Shown here: piece by piece, positions 54,016 through 64,000 of the stretch
Layout: each line of letters starts with the position of its first letter
Numbering within the stretch: the stretch's first letter is position 1
Assembly (NCBI GenBank): GCA_051294375.1
Contig: CM119266.1
Span: forward strand, 6,403,431-6,467,430
Reading direction: 5' to 3'
DNA from: Paraspadella gotoi
Taxonomy: Eukaryota > Animalia > Chaetognatha
DNA length: 64,000 nucleotides
Notes under the pieces: generated by a model
What the model was told of the DNA's origin: nothing
Database searches by the model: none
What the model saw: only the letters and a program-made list of their open reading frames with translations
Made by a program: the position numbers and the translations under genes

Positions 54016-57000
54016 TATTATTTTTATAAATTCTCTTCGAAAGGCGCGCATCACTTTCGGCTACTTGCTCGCCCTCTCTGTTCTCTCCTTCATTGCTTAC
54101 TTCGACATTTACCAAAGAAGATTCTGTCTCGAAGATTCCTACAAACTCACCCTGGCTGCGGTCGGGGTCGTCGCCGTCGGCTGCACTGTACAGCAGAGCA
54201 GCTTCTATGGCTTCACCAGCATGTTGCCGAAAAGGTCGATTGAGCTGTTACGAAGAATGTAGTGGCATTCTTGAAATTTTCAAAATGTCGTTTGACCGAA
54301 TAACGATTCATTATTTTAAAAACTTCACCTTCCATTCTGAGGCGACTTACTATCTACAATAGACCTCCCAAAATATCATACATTAATGAAACTTCCTGAT
54401 ACCTGCAAAGTTTCTTGTGCCAAATTTAGTGAGAAAACGAATATCACAATAAAAAATTTTTCTGGACGCTCATTATGGATTTTCCACGCTAGTTTTTGCG
54501 TCAAACCACTTCCGGTTTTAAAAATTCAGGATTTTTGGAAAAAAATGAGCTGTTGTTTAGCCAGCATACTTAAATTAATCAAAATAAAGTTACCAATAAC
54601 CTTAATATTACATTTTTTGTTTTGGTTTATAAATTAGGTTATAAAAATATTATTACAAAAGGCTTCAAGTTAAAAATTCATAATTTTTTTAAGCCAAATT
54701 GGCCCTAATCAAACTACTCCAAATAGAACTGTCAAAGGGATTTTAAATCTTTAATCTTTAAACCAAGATATTGACCTTTAAAAAGTTTACCAAGTGATGC
54801 AAAAATAAAGTAGTGAATAAGCCTTTGCAGCTAGCAAGCCTCTCACTCAACCCTAACCCTAAACCGGCCCTAAACAAACCTAGCTTGGGATATCTAACCT
54901 AACCCTAGCCCTAACCCTAACGTGAACTTCTTGTCTCACCCCAAATCTGAATCTTAACCCGAGCAAACTTTCCCCTAACCTTAACCCAAGCTAGTGTACT
55001 TCCTGCTGAACCTTAACCCCAAACCAGTCCCTGATCCAAACTCTTACCAGTTTCCCTGGCTGGTAACATCTGCAGAGAGCCACTTCCTTAGCCCTAACCC
55101 TAACCTAGGCCTCCTGTTTTATATCATGCCAGAACCCTAACCCTGCATCACTTAAGAGACTTCCCACAACCCTCACTTCAGCCTGAGGTTCACCTCTGAG
55201 CCTCAACTCAGACATCCCTGCCTCCTGGCCATTAATAAGGCTAAACTTTAATCTTTAATTTCCTTCCCCAATAGCTTCCCTAACCTTAACAAGCTTCTTA
55301 TCTTTTTCTGAGCTGGTCCAAATTGCACTTAATCATAGCAACCTGGCCAAATGATAATTTTGCTGTTAGCTTGTACTATCTTGTACCTGGGACATTAAGA
55401 TTAGGGTTGAGGCTTGCAAATGAATAAAAGCCTGAGCTAAGGTTTAGGTTGGGGGAGAGGTTAAGGGTTAGGGTTGAGTGGGAGGCTTGCTAGCAACAAA
55501 GGCTAAAGCGCCTTTTATCTAATTAGCTACTTTCTTTTGCATCATTTGGCAAACCTTTAAAGGCCAATATATTGGCTTAAGGATATTTAATATTTAAAAT
55601 CCCTTAGAGAGTTCTATTTGTATAACCAAATCATACTTTCTTATAAAATCTTATTAGAATTTGGTCAGGGACGATTTGGCTTAAAAAAAATTAATAATTT
55701 CTAATTTTAAGTCTTTTGTAATAATAATTTTTTAACCTTATTTATAAACCACAACAATAAATTGAGTATTAAGGTTATTAATAACATTATTTTGATTAAT
55801 TTAAGTATGCTGGCTGAATAACAGCTCATTTTTTTCTAAAAATTTTGAATTTTTAAAACCGGAAGTGGTACGACGCAAAAACTGGCGTGGAAAATCCATC
55901 AAGAGCATTCGGGGAAATTTTTTATTGTGATATTCGTTTTCTCCACTAAATTTGGCACAAGAAACTTTGCAGGTATCAGGAACTTTCTAAAATGCATGGT
56001 ATTTCTGGGAGCTCTAAATTCTACAAATCGTTTTTTTTTTAACTTTCAAGTGCGACAGTTATTTTCGTCGCAGCAAAAATGCAGATGTTTGCAAATCCAA
56101 ATGTAAAAGATTTCTTTTTCCTACTCAGCAGCGACGCTGAAAGCAAACCAAAACCGATTTTTTTTTTCAAACAACAATTTTATTCAATTTGTAATATGAA
56201 ATTGATAATAAGTAAATAACCAACAAAAAACATTATCTCTTCATATAATTAATGAGCTATCTGGACTCCCGACTGACAGACTTGTTCAGTTATTTTATTT
56301 AAGATTTTAAACTTATAAAAAGTTATATATTTTGTAAATATAAAAAATGTTAAATTACAATTTTAAAAAGTTTTGTGTAAATAATAAATCTGATGTTATC
56401 CTTTCTGATACATAATTTGACGCACAAAACTCTGGCGAGCGCTTGATCTCTCCCCCCTACTCCCCCCTCCGCCCCCAACAACGCCTCACAGATACACTCA
56501 AGGCGTGATGACGGGGGAATCCTTGGCCGGTCTCCTCATCTCACTCAATCGCATCATCACCAAAATGGCGACTGCGAATTCGAGGCTCAACACCCTCGTC
56601 TTCTTCGTCGTCTCGGTCGTCGTCCTCGTCGTCTGCTGCGTCGCCTTTCAGATTCTCTTGAGGACGAAATTCGTGGAGCATCACGTCGGAGTCTGTCGAA
56701 AGGCCGCAGAGCTGGGTGGGTGGGAGGTGGGAATGGAATATATCAATCAATCAATAGTCAATTATTAAATCTATAAATGAATCAAAACGATCACTGAAAA
56801 AATAACAGTTTACCAAATAATCGATCAAATCCCTCATTCTTATGAATTGAATCAATTGAACTCTTCAATCAATCAATAAAACCCGTTACAATGAATAATT
56901 TTTTTTAAAAACTCAATAATCAAATCAATCAATCAGTCTCGAGCGACCGACCATGTCATCTCCCTCCCCCCATTTGTCAGAAATGGTGGCGGCGGCGTCT

Positions 57001-60000
57001 CAGCGTCGCGCCGAGTTGACGGAAGAGTTGGGGCTCGTGGACGTGATGGCGGCGGAAGAAGCGGCGGCGACGAACGGCGGACGGCGTCGCGATTCGTACG
57101 GCGGCGTTCGGGGCGGCGGACTCGACCTGATGAGTCCGACGACGGCGGCGGCGTTGGTGGATAATCCCCCTAGAACGACGAGTAATAAATAATAATAAAT
57201 AATTATATTAATAACAATAATATTATAAATGATGATGGAAGTAAACTCAACTTTTCGCCACTTGGCTTTTATAATGGTGACACTTTTCGTTTTTCAAGAT
57301 TTTCTCTGCTCTTTACTGAATGTATAAGCCAGAAAAGTGATTGCTTATCTAATGAAACTCTATTGCAAACTACAATATATTAAAAATATTTTACAAAAAA
57401 AAAAAATCAAACGTCACGTGACCTCTTTCCCTCCTTTTCAGTCATCGATGATTCCGGTGCTGCTTCTCTCCGCATCCCGCCGCCGCGCCCGACCGGACCG
57501 CCGACCGGCGCCGTCGACACGGACGACGCCGGTTTCGTCGAGGGCGCCGCCGATGATTACGCGGAGACTTACGTCTCGTTTCCCGCCGCCATGGGAGACG
57601 AAGCCGTCGTGCAGGTGGAGTTTACTTAGCGGGAGATTATACTTACTTTGTCGTCGCGGCAGGACAAGTTTTTGTTGTCACGGCGGGAGTTGTCCCAGCT
57701 TTAATCAGAACAATCGGTTGAACGACTCCCAGCTCTGTTATAATTTATTTTTTAAAATCAATTTTCAAAGTAATATGCAATATAATGTAATATTTCTCAA
57801 AATTAACATATACATTTTCTTCGGCATCTAAAAGTCTTCTGAGTCTGAAAAGCAAGGAGAAAGACTGAAAGTGAAATAATATTTGAATGATTAATTGATA
57901 ATTCCCCCCCCCCCTTCCAGACTGAAAAAAAAATTTGAAACGAGTTTTCAATTTTCTGTCATCTCGAACTTCAGCGATCCGGAGGCCGCAGATAATGAGT
58001 CTAAGACTGAGACAAAACTAGGTCACGGTCGTTCAATTCTTCGCCCTGTCCAAAATATGGTTTCCCGCGTCGCTTAATGACAGTTTCAAAATTACATGAC
58101 AGATCGGCATGTTATCATCGAGGAAAAAAAATTAGTTCAATAATTATAATCCATGTAACATTTGATTTTTTTTCCCACCAAATATTTGAAAATAAAACAA
58201 AAACGACAAAGTTTATATTCTTCTTTACCCGTCATTAACTTTTTCATAAAGAACAATAGAGAACAGTCTCAATAGAGCAATTTTATCGATTTATGAAATA
58301 AAATCAATAATGAAAGTCTCCGCCTCTGAGTCTGACATAACCGAGAAGGGATTCATTGTTGTTTTGTCTTCAGGTTTCTACGACTCAAGCGGAGGCCTTG
58401 GACGTCGAGGTTCGAGCGGCGGAGTCCCTCTACGGGTCTCGTTGGTCCAAGTGGCGAAGGAGCATCTCCAGAGGACTGGACATCAGACTTAAGGTCATTT
58501 GGAGGTCGACGGATGTAGATATATAATACCACATTTGTTTTTGAGAGATTTCCGGTTTTTAATTTCGCATTTCATTTGGTGTGGGAACATGATGTTTCTT
58601 GAATTCACATAGCAAAGCGTTCATTGGGCACATAACAAATGCATAACATAACATAACACAAGCGATCGGATATCTGCGATATTGGGCGGAGTGAAAGACA
58701 GAAATTAACCAGTGGCTGCGCCAATACATGTAAATCGCTTTCAAGGGCTTGAACTGAACGGTTACTGCGGCACTAATAATAAAGTAATAATATTTTTTTT
58801 AAACTTGTATTATTTTTTTTCAACTTGCATAATTCTTTTCACTTACATCATTTTTTCAACCTGCATCATTTTTTTAACCTGCATCATTTTTTCAACTTGA
58901 TTTACAACAAGACTGAAGGAACCCGCTTATGTACTCCGAGCGTGCCCCCCCACACTTTCCAGGCCTCGTCCCAAATTCGTTGCCACATGTACTCGATAGC
59001 GATGGCCTACTTCGTGACTCTCGCTCTCTTTCCTGGAATCGAATCGGAAATCAAGTCTTGCAATCTGGGATCGTGGCTTCCCGTCATCGTTATGGCCGCT
59101 TTCAATTTGTTTGACTTTGTGGGTGGGTACAACGATCTAAGTCGCACTATTGAGTACTGGTACATACAATATAATTTTATAAATACAATGATAATGATAC
59201 CTTGCACATTGCAATGCACAACCACTTTTCAAGGTAAAATTCTGGCGTCCTTACCGACGGATCAGCTTCCTATTCAAATCGCGGCTTTTTCCACCGCGAG
59301 GATAATCCTGATTCCACTCATCATGATGTGCGCTTGGCCTCGGGCCGATCCTATATTCAAGGTAACTTACTCGTCGCTGTCGCTTGATCATTGCTTGCAT
59401 TGATCATTGATCGACGCTTGCAATGACACACCAGATGCACATTGCACAACGTATAAATGAATAATTGAACTAATAAGTAAATCTAAAATTTTGCCTATTT
59501 CTGAATTAACTCGCGTACATACTGTATAGTGTATACTGTATGCTGTGTATAGGCCGACGGGTGGTCCGTGTTTTTCACATCTTTGCTTGGGATCACGAAC
59601 GGTTACTACGGATCGATTCCCATGATTCTTGCTCCATCCAAAGTCCCGGATGAGTTCAAAGAATTGGGCGGCAACATAATGATGTGGTCCTACAGCGTTG
59701 GACTGACAACGGGTAAGCTATAACGAGCAAGTAATGTCACTGAGAAATCAGAGTGTGGAAGATTTTTTAAAAAATATTCGTTCGATTGATAGGTTCGATC
59801 ATTGCGTATTCGTTGAACGACATATTGGGACCGAAAGTGAACTTATGCGGGGATAATTTAAACGCCACTGAGGTAATGTTAAAAGGAATATAATTTATAT
59901 GTTTATAACTCGAGATATAAGATTATCCAAATTGAATTCCTTTCTTTTCCCTCTCTTTTCTCCGAACTCGCGACCAAAGAACCCCCTCTGGGAATCATTT

Positions 60001-60162
60001 GCCTCGAATTCGACGGATGACGGAGATTTTTCGCCGGACCTCGTGGCGGCGGAAGCGACGACGGAGTCGTTCGCGACCATCGCCGCCGCCCCCCAACGGT
60101 TCGCCGCCTCATTTAATGAGTCATATGCCTTCGATCGGAACATGTACGACGAAATCGGATGA
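52285..60162 (+). CDS. SLC29A4: Equilibrative nucleoside transporter 4 / PMAT-like, ~684 aa
   Basis: Exons 52285-52507, 53640-53734, 53837-53953, 54044-54234, 56492-56715, 56981-57181, 57442-57614, 58374-58493, 58963-59122, 59234-59361, 59553-59712, 59793-59872, 59980-60162, all in phase. ENT4-type motifs GVGFLLPY.SFI, IVFDMSLTYIL, RIT.GYLLAL, GCTVQQSSFYG.T.MLPKRYTQGVMTGES, YFVTLALFPGIESEI, FNLFDFVGKILA, GITNGYYGSIPMILA, GNIMM.SY..GLT.GS. Confidence 0.92.
52675..53553. mobile_element. Non-autonomous DNA transposon with TTAA target-site duplication (Kolobok-like)
   Basis: TTAA|GGGGACCAAGTGAA ... TACACTGGGTCCCC|TTAA: ~14-bp imperfect TIR, purine 5' terminus, AT-rich non-coding interior; lies in ENT4 intron 1. 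Confidence 0.75.
54360..56016. mobile_element. Foldback/long-TIR non-autonomous element (~1.65 kb, ~500-bp imperfect TIRs)
   Basis: 54360-54865 is the reverse complement of ~55460-56016 (e.g. CCTGATACCTGCAAAGTTTCTTGTGCCAAATTTAGTG and CCAGCATACTTAAATTAATCAAAATAA); interior has degenerate CCCTAA units; lies in ENT4 intron 4. Confidence 0.85.
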
Positions 60163-60196
60163 AATTTTATTTTATCTTGTCAATATTTTCCTGGGC

Positions 60197-60468
60197 TAAA
60201 TTTTACTTTCGCCGACCGCGGTTTTGAAAAACCACTTAAAAATTCATTTTTAATATAATAATAATAATGGATTACTTTTATTTTCGCCGACCAGGGTTAG
60301 GGTTAAGAGTAATTTAAGGGTGGTTTAAGGTTAGGGGTGGTTAAGGTTAAGCGGGTTTAAGGTTAGGGTAATAAGATAATATTTATTTTATTTTTTTTTA
60401 AAAATAAATATTTTTAAATGATTTTTTAAAAGCCGCCATAACCGCGGTCGGCAAAAATAAAATTTAAC
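60197..60468. mobile_element. MITE with TIRs and GGTTAG core in the ENT4 3' region
   Basis: TAAATTTTACTTTCGCCGACCGCGGTT ... AACCGCGGTCGGCAAAAATAAAATTTA inverted ends. Confidence 0.7.
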
Positions 60469-61557
60469 AATAATAATTATAATTGTTGCTATAAATTTTA
60501 TATTTTTTTGCTTCCCTTTCCTTTTATATCCAAAAAAAATTATTTTTATACAATAAAACTTATAAATTATCTTTTTATAATAATTTTTTAATTATTATTT
60601 ATTTCCATTACAATACCTATAAAATTTTCACTGTTTAGGATCTTTTCAGTCGGTACTTACTTTATGCTCAAGCACATAAAAAAATAAAAAATAAAAAATA
60701 TTTTTTTAAATATTATTCAAACTACTCTTAACCTTATTTATATTTATCCTTAATTACCCCTAACCAACCCAAACCACCCCTCACCTTAACCACCCCTAAC
60801 TCAATAACTTTAAATAACCTAACCATACTTAACTTTTTTTATAATATCAAACCAAAATAATATTTACAAATAATAAAGTAAAATTGTGCCGCGATACCTT
60901 TTGAAAACAAATCATCAGTCTTAGATGTTATTATCTGTCAAATTGATCAGTCGTCTTAGATTATTTTTACTTAAACTTCTTATAACCTTGAACAATTTTT
61001 TACTTTGAACATCATTTTGATGCCCAATACATACAAAGCAAGTAGTTGGTCAGTTTTTCAGTTTTCAATCGCCTAAAATATTACAACTACACAGATTTTA
61101 ATTTGGTTATAATCACTAAAAAAAAACTCGCTAAATTAGGCTTATAAGTCTTGTTTTAAATAGAAATTAAGATTCTGTATTTCGGTAATTTAAAAGTCGA
61201 CAGAGAATTAAATCGTTTACATTTTTTATTGGTAAAAATACAGCGATTATCAAAAATAATAACAAAATTGAATGGAATGACAATCAAAAATCATGAAACA
61301 GTGACTGTATAAATCTTAATTTGTGCTAAAGTTTGAAAAAAAAAAATTTACAAAACCTATTGATGGAACTACGTAATTATATCTATAATTATTCCCCTTT
61401 ACATTCTATAAGAAATGTATCAAAACACTGCTACGATCTACGCTAACTAAACAGTTAACACTGAACAGTGAACAATAGCAACAAGGGCGAGAGTGTGTAA
61501 AGGCACGAAGACTGAATAACTTAAAATAAAGAAGCTAAAAAAAACCCATTTGTCATC

Positions 61558-62934
61558 TCAACTCGATCCTCCTTGATTCAACTTGGAGGCGCGAACGAGT
61601 TTATTGAGTTTAGCGATCTGCGACATAAGCGTCTTGTTGTTCCCTTCCATCGTCTCCAGTCTCTTCTTGAGCGCGGCGTTTTCGGCGACGGAGTTTTGCA
61701 GTTTGATCTCGAGCGAATCGAGGTATTCCTTCTTCTTCCTTCGACTCTCCTGCGCCGAGAGTTTGTTCTTGATCTTCCTCCGGACTTTCTTCAAGCATCT
61801 CTCTTCGGCTTTAGAAAGAGGGAACACAGTAGGGACGGGAAGGCCTTCTTGGATCAAGGTGCGCCGCTCCTCTTCGGTGATGGAGTAGATTCCTCCACCG
61901 CCGCCGACGGTGACGACGCCGCCGCTGCCGGTTCGCCGCTTCGACGAAGGACCGCCATCGAAACCCGCCGGTGATTTGGCGGCGAAGAAGAGCCGGTTGG
62001 GCGGCGGTCGCGCCGGCGAGGAGGCCGGGTAACGTTTTGGCGAAGCACTTCCCTCGCTCTCGCTGGAGGAAGTCGCCAATGGCGTGGGGGGCAGCGTCGA
62101 CGCTTCTTCCATCGTCTCGACGTCGACCGGTTCCGTCTTGATGGCGAACGTCGCCGGAGACGCGAATTCTTCGCCGACGAGAGGTTGGTACTTGACGTCA
62201 TCCTCGGGGAAGACGACTTCGCTGGAGACTCGATCGAAGCCCGGTTCACGTTTGATGGTGATGGCGGCCATCGGCGGAACACGCCGGTCGTAAGTCCGGC
62301 AGGCGGAATTGCCGAACTCAACGTTGACGATCCTCGAAGGGTCGACCGGCTGCGGGGAGGGCGCCACACGCGGACGCTCGTTCGCCGAGGATAGGGGATC
62401 GACGAGAAATTGGGGATCGAGAGATTGGGGATCGAAGAGGGAGTTGGGGTTGAGTAGGGAGAGAGAGTAAGAGTGATCTTCGGAAACCGGACGCGGAGAA
62501 TCGAGGACGCGATCCTCGTCCAGAAGATATTCCTTCCATGAATCGGACTCCAACGCGTTCGAGGAGGCGACGGGAGGATTGGAAGCGAATGGCACGGAGA
62601 CGAGATGTCGGAGGGCGGGAGAGAGGCGGCCGTCGAGCGGGGCGTCGGAAAGGGAAGTCGACGAGGCGTTGGAATAGAGTTCGGCACATGAGAGGGCGTC
62701 GGCGAGAAGGAAATCGCCGTCGACTCGGACGAGACGATCCTCTTCGGAGGAAACGCAGCCGTCGGGAATCCATCGAGGATCCAAAGCGAAAGAGTCCAGA
62801 CAATGCGCGTTGAAATCCACGCCCGTATGGAGGGTATCCAAAGGAAAGAGGTCAGTTTCGAGTTTGGACACTTTGTCAAAGATCAAAGAATCATCGGCGT
62901 TGAGAGACGCGAATCGCGAAATGTCGGAATCCAT
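61558..62934 (-). CDS. CREB3-family (CREB3L1/L2, CrebA-like) bZIP transcription factor, single coding exon, 458 aa, no TM domain
   Basis: First in-frame ATG at 62934 (MDSDISRF). Acidic N-terminus, DHSYSL motif, ATB region ITEEERRTLIQEGLPVPTVFPLSKAEE, basic region LKKVRRKIKNKLSAQESRRKKKEYLDSLE, then leucine zipper and stop. Confidence 0.92.
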   Translation of the reverse strand: MDSDISRFASLNADDSLIFDKVSKLETDLFPLDTLHTGVDFNAHCLDSFALDPRWIPDGCVSSEEDRLVRVDGDFLLADALSCAELYSNASSTSLSDAPLDGRLSPALRHLVSVPFASNPPVASSNALESDSWKEYLLDEDRVLDSPRPVSEDHSYSLSLLNPNSLFDPQSLDPQFLVDPLSSANERPRVAPSPQPVDPSRIVNVEFGNSACRTYDRRVPPMAAITIKREPGFDRVSSEVVFPEDDVKYQPLVGEEFASPATFAIKTEPVDVETMEEASTLPPTPLATSSSESEGSASPKRYPASSPARPPPNRLFFAAKSPAGFDGGPSSKRRTGSGGVVTVGGGGGIYSITEEERRTLIQEGLPVPTVFPLSKAEERCLKKVRRKIKNKLSAQESRRKKKEYLDSLEIKLQNSVAENAALKKRLETMEGNNKTLMSQIAKLNKLVRASKLNQGGSS

Positions 62935-64000
62935 GACGTTGGTCTTTGGGAATATGACGGGAAATAATATCTCGCGACTATCGCTATGTTCACGCACACA
63001 TTGAGCAAACTTGAAAGCTGTGGAAATAAAAAGTTATTTTACACTTTGTTGCGGATACTCCGAAAGTTTAATAAAATTTCGAGTAAGACACTTTTTTTAA
63101 ACTTTCTTTCGTATTTCGCATGTAAATTTAAAAAGAACATTCGCCAAAGCAAACTACTTAGACAAAAAATAAACATAAAAGACATTTGAATTCTCCTTTT
63201 TCTTTTTCCTTTTCCAAAGCGACTGCAGTGGTTTTATGCAAAGCCCGGGTGACAACAATCCCGGAATGAAAGGCAATATTGTTTGAACGTTAAAATAGGA
63301 CATAAAATATTGTCACGAATGAAAAGTGGCAGGAGTATACGCTAAAATTAAATCGATCGACGAAGAAAAAGATTTGAGAGATTTCGAATTTATCGGACAA
63401 AAAAAATTAACTAAGTAATCGCAGGAATAAAAAAAACAGCGAAAATTGCAAAGAAAAAAGGCTCAGCCGAATTCGAAAATGAAAAAGAAGGTTAAAGATC
63501 GGACAATTGACGGTAAAGCGGCAATTACGCACGGGCGGGACGTACAGAAACTTGAGGGAGTACTCGGGCGTAACTATTCTTCGAAAGGATAAGGCGTTTT
63601 AAATTTGGACCGCTAGAACTGGTTTCTTTTAGATGACCGGTTTTTTTTTTTCTATTGACGTCGAAACCGTCAGAATATAAGAAAAAATAGAGGGAAAGAC
63701 AAAAACGTAGCTTAATTTAAGACGATAATTGTAAAATCGTAACAAAGAATCCATTTCTGAATACAATGATGATAAAAGAACCAAAAATGAGGTTGCAGTA
63801 TTTTCAATTAACTAACGTCGCTGCGTCCGTATGTCGGATCGTTCATTCAATTTGTTAATACTATTATAGCAGTGTGTATAATATTAATATATAAAATTTG
63901 TAATAAAAATCTTAAAATGCAAATTTTTAGTAAAAATTGTGACCTTTAATATATGTGCCAAAGTTTAGCGGAGGGATTGTATATTCTAAAACTAAATAGA

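Noticed and set aside
62935-62997. ORF-track N-terminal extension of the bZIP from a GTG start
   Set aside because: Non-ATG start; the first in-frame ATG is at 62934.

Overview
Eukaryotic (animal, probably invertebrate) draft-assembly window: AT-rich, dense in microsatellites, with N gaps and indel noise. Manual splicing on both strands gives ten gene models. Three are recognisable: an SLC3A2/CD98hc-like heavy chain (+, 10 exons), an SLC29A4/ENT4-like transporter (+, 13 exons) and a CREB3/CrebA-like bZIP with an uninterrupted CDS and no TM anchor (-). Three encode secreted proteins: a two-domain Kazal inhibitor (+) and a head-to-head pair of a stand-alone H-type lectin (-) and a VWA+H-type-lectin fusion (+). 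Two are cleanly spliced orphans (-). One is a small single-pass membrane protein (-) whose Cys-rich ectodomain borders a 21-bp repeat carrying a second in-frame splice donor. The tenth is a low-confidence exon at 12.4-12.7 kb. Repeats include a TTAA-flanked Kolobok-like element, a long-TIR foldback element, GGTTAG-cored elements and a ~220-bp dispersed family. A ~13-kb palindrome (34.2-47.2 kb) and a ~2.2-kb tandem duplicate are probably long-read or amplification artifacts. All models and family calls come from reading the sequence by eye; no searches were run.
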